From Propionibacteriaceae bacterium (lineage in GTDB: Bacteria; Actinomycetota; Actinomycetes; Propionibacteriales; Propionibacteriaceae), in the NCBI GenBank assembly GCA_031256725.1, contig JAIRQE010000005.1, positions 113,250 through 145,249 on the forward strand: a stretch of 32,000 bases of DNA, in the 5' to 3' direction. Each line of letters starts with the position of its first letter. Position 1 is the stretch's first letter. This document shows positions 17,791 through 25,928 of this stretch, one piece after another. Position numbers and translations under genes: made by a program. The notes under the pieces were generated by a model. That model was not told the DNA's origin. It saw only the letters and a program-made list of their open reading frames with translations, and searched no databases.

Positions 17791-18720
17791 TCAATAACCT
17801 CGCCGGAAATTCACCAACACATCTGGGGTACGCCCAGCCAAAAGATCATCCCGGACGGCAAGGAAGGCCGACACGATATCCGAGGGAATGGTCAAACCAG
17901 AGATATGAGGAGTCAGTGTCAGATGTGGATGGTCCCACAGCCATTCGCCGTCAGGGATCGGCTCCACTGGGTACACATCAATGGTTGCATGGCGTACCTG
18001 TCCTTGATCAAGTGCAACCCTCAGGGCATCGAAATCCACAGTCGCCCCTCTTCCCACGAGTACAAGATGAGCCCCTGTGAGTCGTAAAAAGACCTGCTCG
18101 CCAAGAATCTTTGAGGTGTGTGGGGTGAGTGGTACGGCCCCTATGACACAGTCAGCTTCCTCCCATGGGGCTTTGTTGAAGGGGAGTACCCTATCGAAGA
18201 AAGGCTTAGACTCCCCCGAGAGACTGACACCAACCAGATCTCCAAACTGGGTACGTATCCCCTGTGCGACAGCAGAACCCACCCATCCTGTACCCAGGAT
18301 CACAGCACTCAGGTCCTGGACCGCCGAAGAATCTGACGGATCAGGGAGCCCACCAAGTATTGTCTGCTCCCATAAATGTTGGCTCTGCCGCTGATAATAG
18401 GTATGGAACCCCCACCGCTCCGCCGCCACAGCAGTACTTGTATAGGAGCCTATCCGCTCAGGCATACCCACAGTGGTACGAGTCAACACCTGTACTGTTG
18501 CTGGAAGATGACCCAAGAGAGAGTCGACCCCCATAAAGGGGCAGTGCACCCACTCAACTGTGGGTGGAATCACCGTTGGATCAATAGTGATGGCCACTCG
18601 CGGAGACTCACAGAATCCTAAATCCCCAACAACCTCGATTCCAGCCTCAGTCAAAGCCACCCGAACCGAATGATCAAGTTCAGGACCGACGAAGACGGGC
18701 CCATGAAGCCCTCGTACCAT
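17791..18720 (-). CDS. D-isomer-specific 2-hydroxyacid dehydrogenase family, NAD-binding
   Basis: Rossmann motif GTGWVGSAVA, then LVGRGATVD, IDVYPVEP and TPHISG. The track ORF runs to 18771. ATG 18720 (MVRGLHGPVFVG) is preceded by GGGAGAGGA, so I use it as the start. Confidence 0.8.
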   Translation of the reverse strand: MVRGLHGPVFVGPELDHSVRVALTEAGIEVVGDLGFCESPRVAITIDPTVIPPTVEWVHCPFMGVDSLLGHLPATVQVLTRTTVGMPERIGSYTSTAVAAERWGFHTYYQRQSQHLWEQTILGGLPDPSDSSAVQDLSAVILGTGWVGSAVAQGIRTQFGDLVGVSLSGESKPFFDRVLPFNKAPWEEADCVIGAVPLTPHTSKILGEQVFLRLTGAHLVLVGRGATVDFDALRVALDQGQVRHATIDVYPVEPIPDGEWLWDHPHLTLTPHISGLTIPSDIVSAFLAVRDDLLAGRTPDVLVNFRRGY

Positions 18721-18857
18721 AGTCCTCTCCCTTCTTCGTGACATCAGCGAACCACAACCATCATGACACACCTGCCTACGATATGAGGTGGGGACTCAGG
18801 GACCATCCAGGGGAATTCCCAATGATGTGAACGTTCCCACTTCTGTACAGTAGAGAT

Positions 18858-19118
18858 ATGAATATTATTGCTTGGTTGATCCTCGGTGCTATTGCTGGTT
18901 CTATTGCTCGCGCTTTGGTTCCTGGTCGAATCGGCCCAGGAATCCTCCCTGCCATCATATGTGGCATCGTTGGTGCACTAGTTGGCGGGTGGATCTCATC
19001 GGCCTTCTTCCATGTAGGACTCGCTGGATTCTGGTCCCTCAAAACCTGGGCTATCGCCATCGCTGGCTCTGCGCTCGTACTCTTCCTCTGGGGCGCTTTC
19101 CACAATCGCAAAAAGTGA
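18858..19118 (+). CDS. GlsB/YeaQ/YmgE-family (transglycosylase-associated) stress membrane protein
   Basis: 86 aa. MNIIAWLILGAIAGSIARALVPGR...ICGIVGALVGGWI, the typical Gly-zipper three-TM pattern of this family. Confidence 0.8.
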   Translation: MNIIAWLILGAIAGSIARALVPGRIGPGILPAIICGIVGALVGGWISSAFFHVGLAGFWSLKTWAIAIAGSALVLFLWGAFHNRKK

Positions 19119-19123
19119 TCTGC

Positions 19124-19157
19124 GGGGGTGTTAGGGGACGTATCTCTTGACACCCCC
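19124..19157. terminator. G/C-rich hairpin filling the convergent GlsB / response-regulator gap (putative bidirectional terminator or repeat element)
   Basis: GGGGGTGT (19124..19131) pairs with ACACCCCC (19150..19157). The 18-nt interior can pair further (GGGGA-CGTA-TCTCT with G.U pairs). There is no clear U-tract on either side. It lies 5 nt after the GlsB stop and 3 nt before the regulator stop. Confidence 0.45.
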
Positions 19158-19160
19158 AAC

Positions 19161-19883
19161 TCACACAAGTTTGCGATCCGTCGCCCATCGTGTGAGTTGG
19201 TGTCTATTGGAGAGTTGCAATTTGCGTAGTACTGAGGACACATGGGTCTCCACGGTCTTCACAGAGATAAACAGTTCGCGAGCCACCTCGCGATAAGAGT
19301 ACCCTCGTGCAATGAGGCGCATGACCTCCTGCTCCCTGATCGAGAGACGGTCGAGGTCCTCATCCACAGAGGTCACTTCGATGGACCCCGAGAAAGCATC
19401 AAGAACAAACCCCGCCAGCCGTGGAGAGAAGACCGCATCCCCTTCAGCCACACGAATGATGGCATCCACCAGGTCAGGCCCAGAAATCGACTTGGTCACA
19501 TATCCACGAGCACCAGCCCGGATCGTACCAATCACATCTTCGGCTGCATCTGAGACTGACAAGGCCAGATAACGTACATCAGGCATCCCCGCCTGTTTCA
19601 TCACCTCGGCACCACCCCCGCCAGGCAGATGCACATCCAGGAGTACCACGTCAGGATTCTCACGACGAATAGCCTCCACACCAGTGGCAACATCCTCACC
19701 CTCACCAACCACATCGACCTCACCAGAGATCTCGTGACGGACCCCAGTACGCAACATGGCGTGGTCATCAACCATCACCACGCGGTACCTTCCCCGCGGC
19801 TTCGGCGGAACCTCATCGTTGGCCCCGAACGCAAGATCCCCATCACCATCAGTGACACGGTCATCATATTCCTGATCAGTCAT
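19161..19883 (-). CDS. LuxR/NarL-family response regulator
   Basis: REC domain (VVMVDDHAMLR..., DVVLLDVHLPGG) plus a C-terminal LuxR HTH (LSIREQEVMRLIARGYSYREVARELFISVKTVETHVSSVLRKL). The start overlaps the kinase stop by 8 nt. About 30 aa of acidic N-terminal extension. Confidence 0.9.
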   Translation of the reverse strand: MTDQEYDDRVTDGDGDLAFGANDEVPPKPRGRYRVVMVDDHAMLRTGVRHEISGEVDVVGEGEDVATGVEAIRRENPDVVLLDVHLPGGGGAEVMKQAGMPDVRYLALSVSDAAEDVIGTIRAGARGYVTKSISGPDLVDAIIRVAEGDAVFSPRLAGFVLDAFSGSIEVTSVDEDLDRLSIREQEVMRLIARGYSYREVARELFISVKTVETHVSSVLRKLQLSNRHQLTRWATDRKLV

Positions 19884-21201
19884 ATCCTGATCCTTCCTGA
19901 TCTAGTGGCATCGATAGGCGGATCTCAGTACCCTCACCCACAGTTGATCGTACATCCACATGACCGCCATAGCTTGACATACGGTCGATAATTGAGCGAC
20001 GGATACCCATACGGTCCTCACCGATGGCATCTACTTTAAACCCTTGGCCACGGTCACGGACAAAGACCTCCGCCCGTTGACCACTAATCTCGGCATAGAC
20101 ATCAACCTTGTCAGCACCCGAGTGCTTGGCTGCATTAAGAATCGCTTCCCTCGCAGCCCGAACAATGGCATCAATCTCCACAGTCATCTCGTGATCCCCC
20201 ACAGTCACCAATTCCACGGCCACAGGATAGACCGCCTCCAACTCCGAGATGACCTCCTTGAGTGCGGTCACTACCGATTCTTCCTCCGCCTGATCGGTGT
20301 ACAACCACTCCCGTAGGTCCTTCTCCTGACGCCTCGCCAATTGGGCCACAGCCTTCGCATCCGTCGCTTGTTTTTGGATTACAGCCAGAGTTTGGAGTAC
20401 AGAGTCATGCAGGTGGGCAGCCATGTCCGCACGAGTCTGTGCAATGAGTTCAGCCTGTTTTTCTTCCTCGGTACGCTGGGGATGGATGATCCAGGGCAGG
20501 AACCCCACCCCGCAGGCCGCCATCGCTGCAAGAGCCACAAAGGCAGTCATCTCATAGCCGCCAAGGTACCCGTCCAGGTAACCAGTGATAGAACCAGAAA
20601 TCTCCTCCCAGATCCGCGCAACAATCACAGTACCCGACGCCCACGCAATGAGTACCCCGGTAAGAGCCACCAGGGTTTTTCCCCACCGCGGCCACATGGT
20701 TTCCCGCGTAAGCCAGACGAAAGCAATCCCAAGCCCCAATACGCAGATATATATCGCGTCGCGCCCCATTCGAGAGGTGTCGTAATATCCAATCACAATC
20801 GCCATCCCGAGCCCAAGCCCGATGGCCCCAATCCATCCAAGGAACCTGCGCCACCGGGTCTTGTGTACGACAGGGCGCTTCCCTGATCGTTCAGCTGCCA
20901 CAAGCCCGATAGGGACGGTACGCGCTTCCAAGGGCAACATGACCCACAGCATCGCATACGCAAAGGCCCCCGAAAACTTCCATCCTGACGCGAGTACAAA
21001 GACTGCTCGAAAGACCCAGACGGGAATGCGTGAGTGTGCGCTCAACCCTGCTGCAACCCCCGCGACAAGGGCACGATCTAGGACACGAAAGGCGCTTGGA
21101 GCCTTGACGAGACCAGTTTCACTCACGTACCCAGCATGACACGTAAGCTTGAAATCCACCAGCTCGAAGGCCCTCAGGGGAAAACCAGGGGGGAACCTCA
21201 T
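19876..21201 (-). CDS. PspC-domain-containing sensor histidine kinase (HisKA_3/LiaS-like)
   Basis: N-terminal PspC domain (LDRALVAGVAAGLSAHSRIPVWVFRAVFVLA...YAMLWVMLP) and several TM helices. H-box LHDSVLQTL and HATPase region (NAAKHSGA, DRGQGF, GGHVDVRS..GEGT). Confidence 0.88.
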   Translation of the reverse strand: MRFPPGFPLRAFELVDFKLTCHAGYVSETGLVKAPSAFRVLDRALVAGVAAGLSAHSRIPVWVFRAVFVLASGWKFSGAFAYAMLWVMLPLEARTVPIGLVAAERSGKRPVVHKTRWRRFLGWIGAIGLGLGMAIVIGYYDTSRMGRDAIYICVLGLGIAFVWLTRETMWPRWGKTLVALTGVLIAWASGTVIVARIWEEISGSITGYLDGYLGGYEMTAFVALAAMAACGVGFLPWIIHPQRTEEEKQAELIAQTRADMAAHLHDSVLQTLAVIQKQATDAKAVAQLARRQEKDLREWLYTDQAEEESVVTALKEVISELEAVYPVAVELVTVGDHEMTVEIDAIVRAAREAILNAAKHSGADKVDVYAEISGQRAEVFVRDRGQGFKVDAIGEDRMGIRRSIIDRMSSYGGHVDVRSTVGEGTEIRLSMPLDQEGSGYD

Positions 21202-21236
21202 AGCGAAAACACCCGTCCTCCCGGCATTCTAGTGTT

Positions 21237-21782
21237 GTGAGAAAAATGCAGTTGCGACGAAACATGGCTAACGGTCGGATTGCCGGTGTAGCCTCTGGGT
21301 TGTCCGATTTCTTGGGAATCGACGTCACCCTTATTCGCGCACTCTTCGTTCTCGGTACCTGCTTCTCTGGTGGGGCTGGACTCATCGCCTATGTGGTGAT
21401 GTGGGCGGTACTCCCCCAGACATACAATGCCGCTCCCGTCACACGACCACGACGTGGGCTTTCATGGCTCATTGTCGTAGCGGCAGTGATCATCGGGGCA
21501 GGTGTCATGGCTGATGATAGGCATACCGCAGTGTTCGCCATCATTGTTCTCATCATCGTTGCTTCGTTGGCGATGAAAGCTAGGGGACGCAAGTCATGGA
21601 AGACACGCAAGGAATTCGAGAAGGCTCGGCTAGCCTGGCAGAGGCGTCTCGACGAACAGGCTCAGAGGGGAGCTGAACCCACCAACTTAGGTGGTAATCC
21701 CTTCCAGGTCGGTTCCTTCTACTCTGAGCCCCCGCCCGAGGGGGAGAACCCTCAGAACAACTCAGGTTTTCAGATTCAGTAA
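21237..21782 (+). CDS. PspC-domain membrane protein
   Basis: RIAGVASGLSDFLGIDVTLIRALFVLGTCFSGGAGLIAYVVMWAVLP is a PspC domain. A second TM helix and a Pro/Gly-rich tail follow. Divergent from the kinase operon. Start is ambiguous (GTG 21237, ATG 21246 or ATG 21264). Confidence 0.8.
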   Translation: MRKMQLRRNMANGRIAGVASGLSDFLGIDVTLIRALFVLGTCFSGGAGLIAYVVMWAVLPQTYNAAPVTRPRRGLSWLIVVAAVIIGAGVMADDRHTAVFAIIVLIIVASLAMKARGRKSWKTRKEFEKARLAWQRRLDEQAQRGAEPTNLGGNPFQVGSFYSEPPPEGENPQNNSGFQIQ

Positions 21783-22072
21783 TGAAAGGAAGAATCATGT
21801 CGAACCGCCAACTTACCCGCTCCACCACCAACCGGGTTTTCGCCGGTGTTTCCGGAGGTATCGCTCAGTACACAGGAGCCGACTCGGGTCTCGTCCGATT
21901 GCTGACTGGTGTCGCAATGGTCATTTTCCCTGGTGCTGGGATCCTGTTGTACATCCTGGCGTGGATTATCCTCCCCGAAGAGGGCAGTGCTTCCACTGGC
22001 CTCGACAAGATCCTTGGTGCGGTGAAATCCCACACCAAGAGCGACAACCCTAATCCCAACGATCTTCGGTAG
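21782..22072 (+). CDS. small PspC-domain membrane protein
   Basis: NRVFAGVSGGIAQYTGADSGLVRLLTGVAMVIFPGAGILLYILAWIILPEE. Track start ATG 21782 overlaps the previous stop (TAATG). ATG 21797, preceded by AAAGGAAG, is an equally good or better start. Confidence 0.8.
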   Translation: MKGRIMSNRQLTRSTTNRVFAGVSGGIAQYTGADSGLVRLLTGVAMVIFPGAGILLYILAWIILPEEGSASTGLDKILGAVKSHTKSDNPNPNDLR

Positions 22073-22100
22073 TTGCCCCCACATTAACTACCACTACACC

Positions 22101-22135
22101 GAAGCGGCGTCACGAGTTGGCGTCGCTTTGGTTTT
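22101..22135 (+). terminator. intrinsic terminator of the PspC gene pair
   Basis: AAGCGGCGTC-ACGAGTT-GGCGTCGCTT forms a 10-bp stem (two G.U pairs) with a 7-nt loop. It is followed by TGGTTTT, 29 nt after the stop at 22072. Confidence 0.6.
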
Positions 22136-22204
22136 GGGGGCCGGTTCGTTTTTGGTACATCTTCGTGTCACAGGGACAGATATCGTCGAGCTGGCACGGG
22201 CAGA

Positions 22205-23527
22205 TCAGTTGACCCTCTGTACACTTATCCGGGCGGCCCTTCGACCATCCATGGCTGTGACAGTCATTTCCACGGGTACCTCTACATCGGGGGCAGACTC
22301 ATAGTTGAGTACGGTCGTGATGGCGTCGGATTCCTGTGGCAAATCCCCTCGTACACTCACCCAAAAACCAGCCACCGTGTCATAGGGGCCTTCCGGTAAT
22401 ACAAACCCTGTCAGGTCCTGGAACTGTTCCAAGGTGGTCAACCCTTCGACCTCAATCTGGTTCTCCCCAGAGATGACCGCTGGGGCTGCAAGGTCGTACT
22501 CGTCTTGGATCTCCCCGACGAGTTCCTCCACCAGATCCTCCAAGGTGACGATTCCAGCCGTACCCCCATATTCATCACGGACGATAGCCACATGGGAGCC
22601 CTCACGTCTCATAAAGGTAAGTGCATGAAGGACCCTCACTGTGTCAGGAATCGACACGATTGGGCGTACCAACTGGCGAATGGGGGCGGAACGATCCGAG
22701 GAGTCGAGGTACATCAGGTCGCGAATATGCACGAACCCGATGATGTCGTCAACAGAAGACCCCGTCACTGGGAAGCGCGAATGGGTCGCCGATTCAAGTG
22801 CCCTGACAGCCTTATAGGCTGGGAGGTCGCCGTCCAAGAATTCAGTTTCGGTACGCGGTACCATCACCTCACGGAGGCTTCTTTCACCAGCAGCGAAAAC
22901 CTCGTCAACGATCTGTCTCTCCTCTTGGGTGAGGCTTTCGGAACTGGTCACCATCTGGCGCAGTTCTTCATCAGTCACGGCTTCCCTGGAGGCCCGAGGA
23001 TCTCCACCTAAGAGACGTACGACGAGGTTGGTCGATACTCCGAGAAACCAGATGAGGGGCTTAGCAAGGATTGCTACCACATCAATGAAACCAGCCAGCG
23101 CTAGGGCCACCGATTCGGCTCTTTGCATGGCAAGCCTCTTGGCTGCCAACTCGGAGATGACGATCGAGAAATAGGAGATAACGATGGTGACGAGGATGAG
23201 GGAAATCACATCGGCAGCAGCGGATGGAATCCCAATCTTGGTGAGTGCTGGGGCTAGGTCATCTGACAGGGTTACTGCGCCGAAGGAGGCTGAAAGGAAG
23301 CCCGTGAAGGTGATGCAAATTTGTACCGCTGACAGGAATCGGTTTGGGTTGCTTGCCAGGGCTGCAACCTTTTTCCCACGGATACCCTTGGTTGTAAGTT
23401 GGCGTACCTGGGATTCCCTGAGGGATACCAAAGCCATCTCAGCGGCAGCAAAAACCCCACCGATGATGATAAACAGCGCAATCAGGGCGATGTTTGCCCA
23501 GCCACTCGACACAACTACCCTCTCCAC
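22205..23527 (-). CDS. CNNM/DUF21 + CBS-pair + CorC_HlyC domain protein (hemolysin-family / putative divalent-cation transporter)
   Basis: 440 aa. The N-terminal four-TM DUF21 contains the LVSLR motif (here [16 protein letters not shown]). It has a tandem CBS region and a C-terminal CorC/HlyC domain. GTG 23512, preceded by GGAGAGGG, is a likelier start than the track's GTG 23527. Confidence 0.88.
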   Translation of the reverse strand: MERVVVSSGWANIALIALFIIIGGVFAAAEMALVSLRESQVRQLTTKGIRGKKVAALASNPNRFLSAVQICITFTGFLSASFGAVTLSDDLAPALTKIGIPSAAADVISLILVTIVISYFSIVISELAAKRLAMQRAESVALALAGFIDVVAILAKPLIWFLGVSTNLVVRLLGGDPRASREAVTDEELRQMVTSSESLTQEERQIVDEVFAAGERSLREVMVPRTETEFLDGDLPAYKAVRALESATHSRFPVTGSSVDDIIGFVHIRDLMYLDSSDRSAPIRQLVRPIVSIPDTVRVLHALTFMRREGSHVAIVRDEYGGTAGIVTLEDLVEELVGEIQDEYDLAAPAVISGENQIEVEGLTTLEQFQDLTGFVLPEGPYDTVAGFWVSVRGDLPQESDAITTVLNYESAPDVEVPVEMTVTAMDGRRAARISVQRVN

Positions 23528-23583
23528 ACAGGTGCAAGAATTAGTTTAGCGAATACTGATTCGCCGTGGTGAATATGATGTAT

Positions 23584-23721
23584 GGGAATGTGTGACCGTT
23601 GCTTCGCGAGAGTACGTTCGCTTCCGTGCTCGCAAAGCGTAGCACGGGCTCTCTTAACTTCGACAAAATAGCTACGCAATTTGGTCTCGTGTCTCCCGCG
23701 AAGCAACGGTCACACATCCCC
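23584..23721. repeat. 138-bp nested inverted-repeat element between icd and the CNNM gene
   Basis: Arms 23584..23612 and 23693..23721. The core ATGTGTGACCGTTGCTTCGCG (23588..23608) pairs perfectly over 21 bp with 23697..23717. An inner hairpin CCGTGCT-CGC-AAA-GCG-T-AGCACGG lies at 23624..23647. A further hairpin GCGAAT-ACTG-ATTCGC lies at 23549..23564. Confidence 0.85.
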
Positions 23722-23729
23722 TCGAAATA

Positions 23730-24944
23730 TCATCCAAATGCTTTGGCGAGGTTTTCGGCTAGGGAGTCCATGAACTCTTCGGTGGTCTGCCAGGTTTGAT
23801 CGGGGCCGATGAGCAGGGCAAGATCCTTGGTCATCTTGCCCTGGTTAACGGTGTCCACGCAGACCTGTTCCAGGGTCTCAGCGAAGGCGACGACCTCGGG
23901 GGTGTTGTCGAGCTTCCCGCGATGCTTGAGGCCACCAGTCCATGCGAAGATCGACGCGATGGGGTTTGTGGACGTGGGCTTGCCCTGCTGATGTTGACGC
24001 CAGTGGCGGGTGACCGTACCATGGGCTGCCTCTGCGAGGGCTGTTGAACCGTCTGGGGTCATGAGTACGGATGTCATCAGCCCCAGGGAACCGAAGCCTT
24101 GAGCGACGACATCGGATTGTACGTCTCCGTCATAGTTCTTGCAGGCCCACAGATAACCGCCAGTCCACTTCAGGGCAGCCGCGACCATGTCATCAATCAA
24201 ACGATGCTCATAGATGAGTCCCGCCTGATCGAATTGGGGCTGGAACTCTTCGGCAAAGATCCTGGCGAAAATGTCTTTGAATGCGCCGTCATAGGCCTTG
24301 AGTATCGTGTTCTTTGTGGAGAGGTACACCGATACATGGCGCACGAGTCCATAGGAGAAACATGCTCTGGCGAAGTCCTCAATGGATTGGACGGTGTTGT
24401 ACATTCCCAGGGCCACACCACCAGTTTCGCCATATTCGGCGACAGTACGGGTGATCTGCTCGCCCCCATCTTTGGGAGTGTAGGTGATGGTGACTGTACC
24501 CGCACCTGGTACGACAAAGTCTTGGGCTTTGTACTGGTCAGCATGGGCATGACGAGCAATAATGATCGGATCAGTCCATGTGGGCACCAACCGTGGAATG
24601 GACTCGATGACGATGGGTTCACGGAAAACCACACCACCCAAGATGTTGCGGATCGTGCCATTGGGGGATTTCCACATCTGCTTAAGGTTGAATTCTTCAA
24701 CTCGCGCCTCATCAGGAGTGATGGTGGCACACTTCACACCAACCCCATGCTTGGCGATGGCAGCGGCCGCATCGTGGGTCACCTGATCGTCGGTCTCATC
24801 ACGATGGGTCACCGAGAGGTCATAGTAATCCAGATTCATATCAAGGTAGGGAAAGAGTAGTTTCTCCTTGATCATCGCCCAGATCACACGGGTCATCTCA
24901 TCCCCATCGAGTTCAACAACCGTACCCACAACTTTGATAGTCAT
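23730..24944 (-). CDS. icd: NADP-dependent isocitrate dehydrogenase (homodimeric, eukaryote-like subfamily)
   Basis: [35 protein letters not shown]..., [33 protein letters not shown]. About 404 aa from ATG 24944, which is preceded by AAGGAAGGGA. The track ORF's extra 91 N-terminal codons (to 25217) are treated as read-through of the leader. Confidence 0.93.
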   Translation of the reverse strand: MTIKVVGTVVELDGDEMTRVIWAMIKEKLLFPYLDMNLDYYDLSVTHRDETDDQVTHDAAAAIAKHGVGVKCATITPDEARVEEFNLKQMWKSPNGTIRNILGGVVFREPIVIESIPRLVPTWTDPIIIARHAHADQYKAQDFVVPGAGTVTITYTPKDGGEQITRTVAEYGETGGVALGMYNTVQSIEDFARACFSYGLVRHVSVYLSTKNTILKAYDGAFKDIFARIFAEEFQPQFDQAGLIYEHRLIDDMVAAALKWTGGYLWACKNYDGDVQSDVVAQGFGSLGLMTSVLMTPDGSTALAEAAHGTVTRHWRQHQQGKPTSTNPIASIFAWTGGLKHRGKLDNTPEVVAFAETLEQVCVDTVNQGKMTKDLALLIGPDQTWQTTEEFMDSLAENLAKAFG

Positions 24945-25234
24945 AACATCCCTTCCTTGACGTTCGGTACCCAACTTTATCTCACCGATGTACGTGATTG
25001 ACGTCTTCCCGATTCGCGAGTACTCATTCGGCATGGTGGTACCTAACTTCACAATCTTGGCCTTGGTGGTACCTTCCCCCACTTGGTTGAGAACTTTTGA
25101 CATGGAAAAAGCCCGAATTGGGGGTGCACCTTCACAAACCAACCTGGTGACTGGTTGAACACGAGTAGGAACATGAGTTTTGCTTAGGCTGGATACGGAC
25201 TTGCTATGATGCAACACGTATTGGAAAGGGTGCC

Positions 25235-25921
25235 ATGTTGACCTTTATTTATGCTGCTTGTGCGGTTGCTCAGGCTGTGCTTGCTGTCTTCGCGATTCGG
25301 TTGTTCGTGAAAGACCGCACCCCAGGCAACTTCATGCTCATCCTTCCTATTGCAGCGGTCGTCTGGGACAACTCCATCGTCGCACTTGGGGCCACCATCG
25401 GGGATGGGCCACTTCTGGTTGGGCTCTCCTGGCCACGCTACATTGGGCATGCATTATTCACCCCCGCCTGGATCGTGGCTGCTGTTGGATTCGCGCAACG
25501 ATGCGGCTCACAATGGGCTAAGACAAAGATCGTCACCATCGGTCAGTGGGTTCTCTACGGAACATGTGTGATCCTGGGCTTCCTACGCTCAGTCATCTTT
25601 CTCGTCATGGAACCCTCCACTGAGGGCGGCCTGTTTTATTATCGTAACGCTGGTACATTCCCTGGCCCGCCCTTCGGCTCCGTCTTCATGCTTATCGTTG
25701 TCCTCATCTGTGCAGTTGAGGTACTGCGCCTCATCAAATCCCCCTGGATGCTCCTGGGGTCCCTCTACATGCTCATCACAGTCTTCATCCCCACCGATAT
25801 CGCGGGCTTCGTCTTCTCCAACTCCGGCGAAGTCATCATGGCATTATCCCTAGTCGCCACTGGGTACATCCTGTACAAACGCTTCCCTGAGTTGCGAGGT
25901 ACCTACTCCAGAGCCGACTAA
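25235..25921 (+). CDS. hypothetical polytopic membrane protein (about 7 TM), function unknown
   Basis: 228 aa and strongly hydrophobic throughout. SD GGAAAGGG precedes ATG 25235. I recognise no motif. Confidence 0.6.
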   Translation: MLTFIYAACAVAQAVLAVFAIRLFVKDRTPGNFMLILPIAAVVWDNSIVALGATIGDGPLLVGLSWPRYIGHALFTPAWIVAAVGFAQRCGSQWAKTKIVTIGQWVLYGTCVILGFLRSVIFLVMEPSTEGGLFYYRNAGTFPGPPFGSVFMLIVVLICAVEVLRLIKSPWMLLGSLYMLITVFIPTDIAGFVFSNSGEVIMALSLVATGYILYKRFPELRGTYSRAD

Positions 25922-25928
25922 TGTACTT

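Noticed and set aside
22171-22195. Possible third, diverged copy of the GTGTCAGGGGACGTATCTC motif (CGTGTCACAGGGACAGATATCGTC) downstream of the CNNM gene
   Set aside because: The alignment needs several indels, and the similarity is too weak to separate from chance without a genome-wide model.
24945-25217. The 495-aa version of the icd ORF (N-terminal extension of 91 aa)
   Set aside because: Homodimeric NADP-IDHs start at the M-x-x-K-[IV] motif just before [11 protein letters not shown] strong SD precedes ATG 24944 and none precedes the upstream ATGs.
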